Shown: positions 1 through 13,027 of the stretch, in pieces | How the letters are laid out: the number at the start of each line of letters is the position of its first letter | Position numbering within the stretch: the stretch's first letter is position 1 | Origin: Microthyrium microscopicum | Taxonomy: Eukaryota | DNA: 64,000 nucleotides | NCBI GenBank assembly: GCA_010405405.1 | Contig: MU004234.1 | Span: forward strand, 2,205,697 to 2,269,696 | Direction of reading: 5' to 3' | Notes under the pieces: generated by a model | Seen by the model: the letters and a program-made list of their open reading frames with translations, nothing else | What the model was told of the DNA's origin: nothing | Database searches by the model: none | Made by a program: the position numbers and the translations under genes

Positions 1-1501
1 ATTGGCAGCTATAACTGGTGGGAATCCGGCGCATTATGGGGCCAGGTAAGAATCAACATCACTTATTCAAATAAACTAGCTAACACGAAACCAGATGATC
101 GAATACTGGTATAGTCTTTTGGACACCTGCCATTTTCAAGTGCTAACAGCTATAGGTATTATACCGGTGACGATCAATACAATCAGATGATTGCCGATGG
201 AATCCAATTTCAAGTGGGACCAGCCAACAACTTCGAGCCAATTAATCAAACAAGAACAGAAGTATGTTCTCTACCGATAGCTAAGAACCACACTCACAGT
301 TATCCTAGGGCAATGATGATCAAGCGTTTTGGGCATTCGCCGCCATGACAGCAGCAGAAACCAAATTTCCTCCTCCTAAATCCGGCCAGCCATCGTGGCT
401 TGCTCTTGCACAGGCAGTATTTAACCGACAGGCGGCTCGCTGGGATATGGATCATTGTAATGGTGGTTTGCGCTGGCAGTTCAGTTCATTCAACAACGGA
501 TACATGGACAAGAATACAATTTCCAATGGCTGCTTCTTCCAACTGGCGGCGCGACTTGCGCGGTACACGAAGAATGAGACCTATTCGCAATGGGCTGATA
601 AAGCCTACGACTGGCTGGCACAATCTCCTCTAATCAGCCACCAGTTCGAGGTGTTCGATAGTATTTCATTCACAGATCAAGCATGCGATGGACCAGTCGG
701 TCCAATTCAATGGACATACAACATTGGCACCCTGATAGCAGGCGCTGCATATGTAAGCACTTGCCCTTTCAGTATATTTGTTAAGACTTAGCTAACCATC
801 TCTTAGATGTTCAACCACGTAAGCTCCTCTTCTTCTTCTATTCGTGTTTCGCGCTAACCAGTTCATAGACAAATGGTGAACAAAAATGGAAAAATCGCCT
901 CAACGGCCTGCTAGGCAACACACAAAAAGTCTTCTTCCCCGAAAACTACGGCGGCAAAACAATGGTCGAATATGCGTGCGAACCCCTCAAAAACTGCAAC
1001 AAAGATCAACGTTCCTTCAAAGCCTATCTCGCGCGCTGGCTAGCCGTCTCCGCTCAACTCGCGCCCTTCTCACAAGGCACCATCATCCCATGGATACAAA
1101 CATCCGCCCAAAACGCCGCCAAAGCGTGCTCCAACACCGACAAAGGTCTCGCGTGCGGACGAGTTTGGTATGAGAACAAAGACGATGGCGAGAGAGACGT
1201 GGGCAACCAGATGACAGCCATGAGCGTCGTACAGAGTAATCTGATTCTGGGAGCAAAGACGTTGGCAGACATTGGAAGTGGTGACAGCAAGAGCGATCCG
1301 AGCGCCGGAGGCGGTGGATCGAGTAGTGTACCTGATCGGATATACACGCGTAAAATCACAACGGGCGATAAAGCGGGTGCGTGGCTACTCACTGCTGTCG
1401 CCCTGCTTGGTTCTCTGGCGGGCATGGTGGCGTTGCTTGTCGAAGGCGATGATGTGCGTGAGTATACGGGTTTTCTGGGTAGTAATCGGTTTTCGCGGTA
1501 G
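1..1501 (+). CDS. GH76 alpha-1,6-mannanase/transglycosylase, DCW1/DFG5 type (5' end outside window, multi-exon)
   Basis: Spliced motifs YNWWESGALWG, EGNDDQAFW, CNGGLRWQ, NTISNGCFFQLAARLARYT, QWTYN, DQRSFKAYLARW; micro-exons at 95-108 and 807-818; C-terminal ITTGDKAGAWLLT plus hydrophobic stretch. Confidence 0.93.
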
Positions 1502-2209
1502 AAAACGGGCATCATCGCGGCAAACGCGGGCATCATTGGTGTGACTTTCATAGGTGCTTTTCGAGGTTCATGGGCATGAGGAGGCGATATCTGGCATTGA
1601 TGGATTCCGGATAGGAAACATCGTATGGGCTGGCGTTTGGAGGGTTTGATGCATTTGTTAGGCGCGTTGAACTTGGTTCTTGTATGATGAGTTGGTCTCC
1701 TTGGTTTGGGGGCTGAAGAGAATCATTGGATGGATATTTTAGCTAAGTATAGCTTATCATGCTGCACTCGATAGAGAGGTGGCTAATATATGTCTACTCA
1801 GGCAAATGAGCGTGTAGGAAAATGTGAGCCTCGCGACAGGCAGCCAGGGAGGACAGTGATGTTCCTAACACCTAGCGAGCAATCTGTCCAACTTTTGCCC
1901 GCGCGCCAGTCAAATACCTAGGCTCGCTCACGGTTGCTGGTAAATATCTTGATATCCGCCTAGGCAGTCAATGCCCTTAAGGTGCACATGGTAATAAGGC
2001 TGAAAATCTGGCCAATCAGATTCGTTGCTTAAGGTGGCTCTCAGCCTTGCCGGACACCAGCATAACATCAAGTGAAGATACCACAAAACACCTCAATTAC
2101 ACGCTAATTCAAATGCTGACACCCGAGATAATGCTTTCATATTTTTTCCAGACTCTGTCAACAACAATCTCCCCATAACAACATCCATCCATCAAAAATC
2201 TATCCAAAC

Positions 2210-3900
2210 ATGGCTCCGCCACCAACTGAAGAGGACTTTTACGCCATCCTTGAAGTCGAACAAGATGCTACGCCTGAGCAAATCATTAGCTCTTATAGAC
2301 GGCTGGCGTTACAAGTCCATCCAGACCGCAGCCCCGATCCCGATGCCACTGCAGCATTTCAAAAGGTATGCCACATTTCACGGACTGACGTAGTCTTCAG
2401 GTGGTCTCCAAGTCGCCCTCGCTAACATCGAATTTATAGCTCGGTCGAGCCTATGAGACCTTGAAAGACCCAGATCTACGTCTAGCCTACGATCGCAAAT
2501 CCGATTCCGACAAATACGAGTCCCCATTTGCACAGTACTCCGATTCACCTCGCTCTCCGCCCAGTTGGTTTTCGGACCCTTCGTTTTTCTGGCGTGCCGT
2601 CTTTGATGACAATTTCCGCGATGAAATACTCCTTGACGAACTCAATGCAAGAAAGGCACAACGTGCTGCGAATTGGCGCAAAGCAAAGAGACTCCTTGAA
2701 TGGCCAATCTACCAGTGGCAAGGACTTATTCGACGATTGAAGAAGGAGATAGAGAGCCTCAACAGCGCAGATGCTGTCGAAGTCGCTAAAGAGCTGATGA
2801 CAGAAGATGTAGAGGACAGCGAACATGAGCGAGCGCGTAAAGATAGGGCGAGACAAGAGAGACGAGTAGAGAAAGATATGAAGGAGCGGCGACTAGAGGC
2901 GCTAGAAAGCCAACTGAAGCAAAAAGAAGCGCAGCTACAGCAAGCAAAGCAGGACTTCGAGGCTGAAGATAAGCGCCATGATTCGAAGATAGAAGCATTG
3001 CGAAATAGAATACGAACGAGAGAACTGCGTGAGGAAGAGAGGATGAAAGCGGAAAAATTGAGACGAGAGCAAGCGGAGGCAGCAAAGACACCAAAATGGC
3101 AGCGATATCAAAAGGCAGAGGCAGAAAAGAAGGACAAGCGTCAGCAGGAAGCGGAGGCAGCAAAGAAGAAGCAGGAGAAGCAAGAAACAAAAGAGGCTAA
3201 CAAGAAGAAGAATCAGCAACAGTTCGAGGCAGGAAAGAAGAAGAGAGAGCAGAAAAAGGAAGCAGCCAAAGAGAAGAAGCAGCAGCAAGAAGAGGCAGCC
3301 AAGGAGAAACAGCAGCAGCTTGATGCAGAGGCTGCTATAAAGAGACAACAATTCCAGCAAGAAGTAGAGGCAGCGATAACGAAGAAGCAACAGGAAGAAG
3401 CCGAAGCCGCCAAAGAGAAGCAGCAACTAGAAGCGGAATTAGCTAGAAAGAAAAAACGCGAAGAAGAGATCGAGGCAGCTAAAAAGAAGCAGCTGCAGCT
3501 ACAAGCGGACGCAGCGAAAGAGAAGAAGCGACAGCAAGAAGCATCAGCTAAAAAGAAGAAGCAGCAACAGGAGATAGAAGCAGCTCAAAAGAAGAAACAG
3601 CAGCAGGAAGCAGAGGCAGCCAAGAAGAAGCAAGACCAAGAATTGGAGTCTTCGAAGAAGAAGACGCAAGTAGTAAACACGGCCAAAGAGCAGCAACAAG
3701 AACAAGAGACCAGCAAACAAACGACGGCAGAAAGTGTGCTCCCGACCACTTCATCAGCCAACTGTCTTCACGACCGCTGGTGGCCAAAACTACACGGTCG
3801 TCATACATGCTCGCGGTGCGAAAAGACTTCATTCCATATGCTGCGATGTCCAGGCTGCAAGATCAAAGCATGTACAAAGTGTAAGAAAGAGTTACGATGA
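2210..3900 (+). CDS. DnaJ (J-domain) protein with long K/E/Q-rich coiled coil and C-terminal Cys/His finger
   Basis: DFYAILEV...YRRLALQVHPD (HPD motif); intron 2365-2439 joins to LGRAYETLKDP; ends CLHDRWW...CSRC...CPGC...CTKC. Confidence 0.88.
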
Positions 3901-4272
3901 GACGATCTCGCGACATTTGAAGAGCAACGTGAACAGACATTTCATGAGCTCTAAAGTCTTCGGCTAGTTACCTAGGTAGTGTTAGACACATTCCAGCGAG
4001 ACTGTTATGATTAAAACCTGTAGAGTATCAATAAACAATGTAATTCGTTTGTGGCAGTTGACTTAGTCCGGCTCGCTTTTGCTAAGTACTCCCAGATGTT
4101 AACCATTTCTCTTTTGAGCAGCAACTCTAGCTGTGAAAAAGCACTCAGAGAATTGGCTGACTAGAATGGTTTGGCTGACATTTATAGGCGACCAAAACCA
4201 GGGGATTTTGAACATATACTGTAACCACTAATGTGTTGGATTATATTTGAGCCATACAATACTACCTACCAT

Positions 4273-6589
4273 TCAGCCTTGCACAGCCTTGATCTTTGCC
4301 ATATCATACTGAAAGCTACCAGTTCGTCTGAACAAGCCTTTGGGATCGATCTCTTGTTGAAGTTTGGCAAATTGGGCGGCATTTCTATAAGAGGAAGTCA
4401 CATCTGAGAATGTTAGTGTCAGATTATACAATTTATACAGTTAGCGATCACGATCGAAGTAGTCGATATCCTGTTAATGGCTTGTTTCCGAAAAGCATCA
4501 TTAGGATATCGAACGATACCGACTTTCATGAAGGTTTCAAATGGGATATCTTACCTTGATCCTCCGCAGCATCGTTCATGAAGTACGGGGTGTATTTCTC
4601 GACTTTTGGCACCTTTTTCTTTAGCTCGTTCGCATGACTGAGCAGCCGATCTGCAAATGTTTTTGACTCCTTTAGAACGTCGGCATCAAAAGATTTGTCT
4701 CCCTGGGCTATATTAGCATAATTTTACAGCTGAATCGATCTTCTTCTTCAACAGTCTACTCGGCGTACCAAAATACCTCGACCCAGAAGTATTTTGATAT
4801 GGCCAGCGGATTTATAGCAGTCAAAAATATACCCATAGGTATGCCATCTCGATGATGAATCTGGGCTCGTCATTTGCCGTCAATCCCATCGCGTTTCCTC
4901 CTCTGGCCACCGAAAGTTTGCCGATGGTGCGTGGAAAAGGCTGGAATGCAATGGTAGCTGTGACGCTGCCGTGCTTTGCAGAAAATTCACTGGTGACATT
5001 GGTCCATAGTTCTTGGATATCCATGAAGAATTTCGTGTCAACCAAAGGAAGTGTCAGGCTCTATTAATCTGTTAGCTCTCCTTCTCCAAGTTGGAGCTGA
5101 CTGCTCATATTCACCCGAAATGAGGTTCTCGAGACCGGTACTGGAGAGCCTGGAGGTCCAGCTGCCACAGCCTTTGGAGCAGCAACAGGTGCCGGACTTG
5201 GGCTGACTTTGGGGGGGCTAGCTTTTCCAGAACCTGTTTTGCCAATACCAGTGAGACCGCCGATTACTGATTCTACGATTCCGACGGTTGTTCCTAAAGC
5301 ACCTGCTACAGAGCTCAATGGCGAGCTTCCTGAACTTGCTTTACCTGACCCAGCTTTCCCCGATCCGGCTTTAGCAGTCATAGTACCACCAAACAATGAT
5401 TCCATCGAGAAGCCTCCAAGCCCTGGAGCAACACCAGCCGTAGCTGGGGTAGGACTTCCCATCAGTGATCCTGCTACGTCCAACTAGCGATATCAGTAAC
5501 TTTCTGAGACTTTTTAGGAGCATACTTACCATTTCAAGATATGTTCTAACTTGACACAAGTCAATCGTAGGCTTGATATCATCAAACTTTCCAAATGCCC
5601 CCTTAGCTGGCGTTGGGCCATCGTGGAAGAAGAACAGCGCGTAAACATTGAGCAGTCCAAGTGGCTGTGTGTGCGTGAAAATCACGGCAGACTTTCCGTT
5701 GTTTGGAGGATTAGCTGTGAAGTCCTGGAGAGCTTCGTAAAGTGCGTCCTTTTGGCTGCCCAAGAAAATTCTTATACCGCCCCAGACTTTTCCCATTGGA
5801 TAGGCCTGAGTGGTAAACTTGGTGGTAATGCCGAACTGATCGCCACTTCCTCGAAGAGCTTCAGTCAAAAGCTTATGATCTGAAGCTTTGATGTTTGCAA
5901 TGGTGGCATTTGGTAATACCATCTCCCACTCTTGAACTTGCTACACCTGATTAGTGAACCGAGTGCAAGTTCTAATTGTAGACTTACATCAGCTGCCATG
6001 CCATATTGACCACTCAAAAAGGAAAAACCGCCTTGCATCATATAGCCACCCACACCAACAAAGCCTAAGCTATCAGTGAAAGTCCGGATAGATACAGAGA
6101 GTAAGTTGACATACCAAGACGACCTCCAACGACAGCAGCTCCCAATGGATCTAGTTTTCTCTGGATATCATTCCAGTGTCCCCCAGGCCCGAACTCCGCG
6201 GTCTTCTTGTCGGATGATAGTCTAGTGAACTGCATCTGACTCAACGCAATAAGAACACCGTCTTTGACGCTCGAATGTCCAGCATTAGGGTCATGACCAC
6301 CGCTCTTAACGGCAAACTTCACATCGGGAGTCGAGTTCAGAATCTTTACCGCCGTAGAGACTTCTTGTGCGGTCGTTGGCTGGAATATGCATGCCGGCAT
6401 CAACTCTGCGAGTCCAATGTTATAATAGTTTGTGTTCTCTGTGGTGTAGCTCTTGTCACTGGGGTAAAACAGCTTGGAAGGCACAGCCTTCTTGATGGCT
6501 TCGCATGCTTGTTTGGCGCTGGGAGTGGGCGCTGCCGATATAGAGGCAAAGAACGCTGCTAAAACAAAATGATTATACCGGGTAAGCAT
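4273..6589 (-). CDS. Secreted FAD-linked oxidoreductase (VAO/berberine-bridge-like)
   Basis: Signal peptide MLTRYNHFVLAAFFASISA; FAVKSGGH flavinylation motif; VVGGRLG..VGVGGY; ALRGSGDQFGITT; C-terminal YFMNDA and DPKGLF; six introns including 4703-4832 and 4404-4554. Confidence 0.9.
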
Positions 6590-7893
6590 CGTGACTTGAG
6601 ATGAGGTGGATAGTTTCGAAACCTGAACAGATTCTATAATCGACTGTTTATATCTTATATGATCAGGATTCACGCCACAAGTCTGTGGGATCTGCATATC
6701 GACGCGGACCAAATCCTGGTGTTAATCCATAACTCTATGAATGCTTCTTGAAAGATAGCTGGCTGGTATAGAGTGCTTGAATCTAACCCTGTCATAAGAG
6801 CTATATGCCATATACTAGTTCGCATTCGTTCCTATACCACACATGGCATAGAAGCCCCAAACACATGATGCCCATCGGCTATCAACCAATAATGTATCGC
6901 AGCGTAGGACTTTGCGTGGCCGCGAATCATGGAAGTCGAAAGCACCAATCATGTAATCTGTACATGTACATGATTAAATTGCTCTCCGTGAACCTAGAAT
7001 GATGGAAGATCATTTTCGGATCGTGTCAGCTTATAGTATAACGGATGCTCTGGCACATGATGTTCCATTATGCTGCAGAGAAACATTGAAGATACTTTGT
7101 CATATAGCAGACGACGACTACAGTCTTCATCGTTCTAGACTTATGTCGATGTCAAGGCATTCTCAAATCTAGCAGACAACCGAAATGAAAAATCTTCTTT
7201 GGGGGGAAGAATACACTAGATATTAGAGCCAAGTTTTATGGCACAATTGCCAGCCTTCTTGCCCTCCGTCGAGATAACTGAAGACAAGTAATTGTATATT
7301 CGAATGCTGCTTCATCCAACAACCTTGACATATACCTGCCAAATTAGTTAGTTGCCGAAAACTCGAAAACTCGGCTGCGGTTTGAGATTAAGTTTATCCG
7401 AAATTCCATCGCTTTCGGACTCGCTTTCCACCTTCTTGGTACCTGATTAGGGTTTGATTACACGTCTCTTCGGAGCGAGCGGGTTCTGCGAGGAGAAATT
7501 GGAATGGACCCTTTTTGCCAGTTTACCCGGTTCAAACTCAATCAGAAAGAGTACCACCACATGCGTTATGACTTTTAGTTCAAGAAATAAAGTTTATTTG
7601 AATAACAGGTATAAGTCAAGTTCATTTGATTGGAGGATACCTGTCTAAGTGATATGCTTGGCCGTCTTAAATCGCTCGAAATAACCAGATTGAAGGCTAG
7701 TGATCAGTTATATATATTATTTCCTAGGTAGTGCCCGGTTAACAGACACACAATTCGAGATAGTTGAACTGTAAAGCTTCATCATAGCTTGGCTATTAAG
7801 ACACTTAAAGACGTCGTCTGGTAACGTTCTCTTTTTGACTGATAGCACGAATCGATTTGCTTTCTATACATGCATATTTTGACCTTCAATATA

Positions 7894-9376
7894 ATGAGAT
7901 CTTTCATTTTTCTTGTGGGGTTGGTTTCGGCTTCACCCGCTGTACTAAGTAGGTGTTATGCTCTTGACTTGAAAATAGGAGTGAGTTATCCAGGACACTA
8001 ATGTGAAGCAGGACCTAGACAGCACGATGGCCATGGTTCTTCGCCCATGAGCACCAGTGCGCTTCCTCAGGCACCCTCGAGCGTTTGGAGTCCAGTGAAA
8101 GCTGAAACTTTGAAGCCACAGGATACTCGTCCTGGTGTGAAGAGAGTTCGCTATACTATAGGACCATTCAAACTAAATCCCAGCGGCTATAAACGACAAA
8201 TGTATGAAGGACAAATGGGTAAGACATATCTCCCAATGCTTTGAAACACTCAAGGTCTTTCCTGTGATGCTCAAGCAGAAGACAAACCAGCTTATCTGAT
8301 TCGTGATTCTAGACCCCAACTCGGATGTATTCAAAGGACCATTGACAGGAATACCCAAGAACATCGTTGTGCTACAAACCAACAGCTCTTTTATAAACGA
8401 AGATGGCTCCCCAGCTGATATTGCCAATGGTCTCTACAATCATCATTTCATCGTGGCCGATGCCAACAAGATGGGACCCAGTCCTCTCAAATGTATCGAC
8501 GGGGGCGCCAACAATACGACTCCGAAGAACATGGGTTTATTGATGGGTGCTAGTGAAGCCAACAAGGATATGATATTCTCATCGTCCAAGAATTTGACTA
8601 CCGGCTTCATTGTTGGAGCCAACGATACAGTGATTGTTAGTGCCGAGCTTGTCAATTACAACAATGCCACCAAAACCGTCTATTTGCAATCAGAGCTCGA
8701 GTTTCAGAACGTCACGAGCGACGCTCTAGATACCAACTTCTTCCAGTTCGATATCAACATGTGCAACCCAGCCAAACCAGACCTTGTTGCCCCACCCGGA
8801 CAGAAGAAATGGTCGGTCACCAGCAAAAAAGTAGAGGTTGCTCAGAATGGATATATTTTGTTTCGACGAGGCCACATGCATGATGGAGGAGAAAGTGTTG
8901 AGCTCAGACTTAATGACAAACCGGTTTGCATAAGCACTGCCCATTACGGTGGCGAGTTGGGGACTGCTACTATCAACGGCGAAACCTGGGAGACAATCAG
9001 TCGCATGGAGCCATGCTTAGATCCAGTTCAAGTCAAAGTTGGCGACTTTTTGACAGTGACGGGAAACTTTGATCTTGCTGCCCATAAGTCGTAAGTACAC
9101 TATCGGTTTTCGCAGATTCCATTGCTTGATCTGACATGAACAGTCGCCAGCACTCTCATGGAAGCGGTATGGGAGAGCAAATGGCTCTCATGACGTAAGT
9201 ATTTCATTGTTGCTTCGAGCAGTTGACGCGCGCATCGATTGATGGTGTGATTAAGTGCTGTTATGTCGATTGCTATAGGAAGGCATTTAAGCATATCATC
9301 AATCAATGCTGGCATCTGAGTATGCTATGGACTTCGTGCTAACGCAGCCAGATACATGTTTGCACCCACAAAATAA
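7894..9376 (+). CDS. Secreted protein with copper type II monooxygenase-like His/Met motifs
   Basis: Signal peptide MRSFIFLVGLVSA; introns 7949-8011, 8219-8311, about 9091-9143 and 9195-9351 give one open frame with YNHH, GHMHDGG and C-terminal GEQMALM. Confidence 0.75.
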
Positions 9377-9786
9377 TAGACTTACCGACTAATCTCTACA
9401 CGTTTCTTTATGTGGAGGCTTTGAAATAATCTTGGTTGGAAATATTGTATACACTATATAAATAAGTTTCAATGTTAGACTGTTAGTGGTGCGCTCAAGA
9501 ATAGTACACACAATAAAAGGCAAGGTCACCGTAATATCACGATTCCTATACTTTTCCTGATAAGATCAGTTCTTTCGATGCTTTGGGTAAATAAACACTT
9601 TCTGCACCAAGAGAATTTTGCAAATAATTCTTCATTGTACCGTATACAATTGCGGTCGCCGTTAGACAATAGAGGTTTAGGAAAGGAAGTCTCAAAGAAA
9701 TCCATCTCAAAAAAATATTGATGACTGTGCCCATCATCACTAAACTTGTGTTCAATAAATCAGTCCCCATCGAGGCCAAAAAAAAT

Positions 9787-9880
9787 CGTCAACGACAGGA
9801 TTTGAACCTGTGCGGCCGAAGCCAATAGATAACCAAATTATAATTCGAGTCTATCCCATTAACCACTCTGGCACGTTGAC
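9787..9880 (-). tRNA. tRNA-Ser (anticodon CGA) with 13-nt intron (9831-9843)
   Basis: Reverse complement GTCAACGTGCCAGAGTGGTTAATGGG-ATAGA-CT-CGA-A-[TTATAATTTGGTT]-A-TCTAT-TGGCTTCGGCCG-CACAGGTTCAAATCCTGT-CGTTGACG: 7-bp acceptor stem, long variable arm, B box, then an oligo-T Pol III terminator. Confidence 0.95.
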
Positions 9881-10572
9881 TTTTGAGGTTAGCGCCTGTA
9901 CAGTCATCAAAGATGAAAAACAGACATTATTTCATGAATTTTGTCCATAGAAAAATGTAAAAACATTCAAGCATAATTTCGTTTTTTTGATTATATCATC
10001 AAATTTTCACGACCCCGACTGGCTTCCATAATCTGCGCTTTCCTTCAACAAAAGGTCATCTAACAATGGTATTTATTTCGAGATTTATACCAAATTCACA
10101 GATCTTCAGGAAACGACATCTAATGGACTTGTATCCTTCACGAGCAGGCGGTGAGAAAATGTAATTGTATTGCTACATAGTACTAGTACATCTACTAAGT
10201 ACAGTAACTAGTGTATGAAGATTAGTGGGTGGAGGGTTTGCCCATCATTTAGTGCTTGATCAGAGCTGATTGTCAATCAGCGCCTTCACAATCGAAAATG
10301 AGGCGCTCTGTAGAAAACCTATTGCATAGTTATTCGTTGGTTTTTCAGGAGTTCTTGCGTAAATTGTGGTGGGACTACTCTAGTATCTGAAATCGGACAG
10401 TTAATTCATCCGCTTAAGGGTATGAGTGAGCTCAGCCATCGCATAAATCACATGGCTAACACTTGCCATCCATAAGGCTAGATTCTTCAAAAACTCCGGC
10501 ATTCGCTGCAACTGCAAAATCAGATTGAAAGATTGTTGAAAAGTCCTCAGGAAAACGTAGGAAAATCGAAAA

Positions 10573-11693
10573 ATGAACGCCTTTCAGTTCCTCGGAAACG
10601 TACTCTACTCACAATTCTTTGTAAAACCACCGCTACCTACAGCTTCTTTCGCCAATCAGACTGTTATTGTCACTGGATCCAATACCGGCATAGGTTATGA
10701 GGCCGTCAAACATTTCATCCGGCTCAATGCCGCCAAGATAATACTCGCGGTTCGAACGACAGCGAAAGGCGACGCCGCAATTTTAATAATCATCAAAGAA
10801 ACGAAATGCGATCCATCCCGCCTTGAAGTTTGGGAGTTTGATCTCGCAAGCTCAAAATCTGTTCGCGGATTTGTGGAGAGAGCAAGGAACCTAGAACGGT
10901 TGGATGTGGTTGTCCAGAATGCGGGCATTTTTCCGCCAAACGAATGGAATATGAGCGATGGCATGGAGTTGACCTTGAAGGTGAACACGCTGAATGCTGT
11001 GTATTTCGCTTATGCAATCCTTCCAAAGCTGAGAGAAAGCGCCGCTAAGACGGGTTTGATGGGACGATTTTCCTTCAACGGTTCAGACGCTATGTTCATC
11101 TCTGGTATCCAAAACCAGACTGTCTCCGGCTCGTTGATGGATGCTTTCAACGACCCAAAGCAATCAAGCAAATTTGGTGATCGGTTTGTCTTCCCGCCCT
11201 GAACGAATGAGCAGCCTCTGACAAGTAAGCAGATACGCATTGTCAAAAGCACTTCTTTTCTACTCCATGCACACCATGGCATCGCAAAGTCCCGTCGTAC
11301 CTGGCTCTGGATCAAATGTTCTCATTGATGCCGTCACGCCTGGCGCCACCAAGTCTGACATCTTCACGCGCGACAAGAGAGCATGGTGGCAAGTCCCGAT
11401 TATAGCGCTGCTGAATGGCATGGCTCGAAATACAGATGTTGGTGCAAGGACTTTGGTGCATGCTGTCGAGCCGAATCTTGGCCCCGAGGCGCATGGCAGA
11501 TTCCTCATGAACAGTCGGATTATGATGTGAGTTTTCTTATCTTTTGAGACAATGTCAGATGGGACTAATCGGATTGGCTGTCAGGAATAATCCTATGCTT
11601 GGAAATGAGAAGGCTGAGGTTTTCCAGAAGAGATGGAAGTCGGAGATATTACCATTCTTAGAGAACATAGAGGCTAGAGTAACGGAAATCTGA
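10573..11693 (+). CDS. Short-chain dehydrogenase/reductase (retinol-dehydrogenase-like)
   Basis: TGSNTGIG Rossmann motif, LDVVVQNAG, catalytic YALSK reconstituted across the first intron; second intron about 11527-11584. Confidence 0.92.
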
Positions 11694-11921
11694 AATTGTG
11701 GTATATCTCGATGGACGTGTGCTACCAACGGTGGTTAGCTGCTAAAAAATGAGACTCAAAGGTATCCATGCTGTTCGAATTCTATGTAAGTTTAGTTCCA
11801 ATACTTAATTCAATATATGAATCCCCAAAATGCAATCGTGGTAGGTGTCGTTGATCTAGTCTATAAAATAAACTCCGTTTTGATGCAGATGCCAAATGTG
11901 ATTTGACTGCCTGGTGAGTGG

Positions 11922-13027
11922 TCACCGGTCCCGGCCTAATCGCTCCTGATCGTCTTCTGTTAGTTCGTAGGCAGGTCGGAATGCCTGTCCACTGTCGGAC
12001 TGCTTTTGCAAAACAGGATTCGGATGAGTATCTCGAGTTCCACCTAGACTTGTATAACCCTTGAATAGTTTAGACATAGTTCGTTCTCGTATTTGGTCAA
12101 ACTAACCTGATCATATAGAGGACAATAATCAATATCAAGCGATCTTATGAACTGATACAATGTTAAAGGAATCTTGGAAACATAAGTATCAAGACTTACT
12201 GCCCATATCTCCGCTATTAAAGTTTGAGAGTTAGTAAGAGCCTAAAAAGAACGCTTAAAAGCCTTCGAGCCTCTTTGGAGCAGATTGTAGTTGCACGGGC
12301 ACGTACCATAATGCCAATCAATAACTGGATGCACTCGCATAATATCTGGCCATCCAGCAGAAGTTGGGTCAAAGTGCTTTAAATTCTCTCCATGTGGATC
12401 GGTCCTCCTCGTCCCTATAAATATGGCTTTCACATTTGGCCGGTCCTGTAGGTATGCCTCTAGGCCTTCTTTTATTGAACAAGTATATCGTGACACGTTT
12501 AGATGATAGGTTGCGCTAGATGAAACAACAAAATCGTCGACTTCCGAGAAAGGGTCCGCGGTAACAATGTAAACGGCTTGTAGCTTTTCGGGGAAAGTAG
12601 AAGGCTTGCTCGTTCCATTTGTGAGCGTCGTCGTTGCAGAGGTAGAAGGCGGAAAGCGTGGCGCAAGGCAGGAAAGTATTACTATGAGGAGAACGAGACC
12701 TTTCGCTTGCGTTAGTACATGCAAATAGTAGGAGACATTACTCGGATATGCGCAACATACAGTCCTTTCCACCGTTGTACGATATTGAGATGTGCTCAGG
12801 TCTGTGCACCAAAATCAGCCATCCGTTTAGTTGCATAGACGTAAGACATACTCGAACGTCGTTAATGCTTCGTCAACAACGCCTATTGCGACGCGCAATT
12901 GCGCCTGTACATCCCTCAACAGATCCGTCTCTTGCTTCTTTGCCAGAAATGCATCCACCTTCTCCTTCAACTCCAAACATACGTCGCGCAAAGACCCAGA
13001 TGCCCCGTCGACGTGGTTTCGTATCAT
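11922..13027 (-). CDS. FAD1: FAD synthetase (PAPS-reductase family)
   Basis: Exons give ISISYNGGKDC, IFIGTRRTDPHG, WPDIMRVHPVIDWHY, GYTSLGG, HPNPVL and FRPAYEL...ERLGR; several short exons. Confidence 0.92.
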
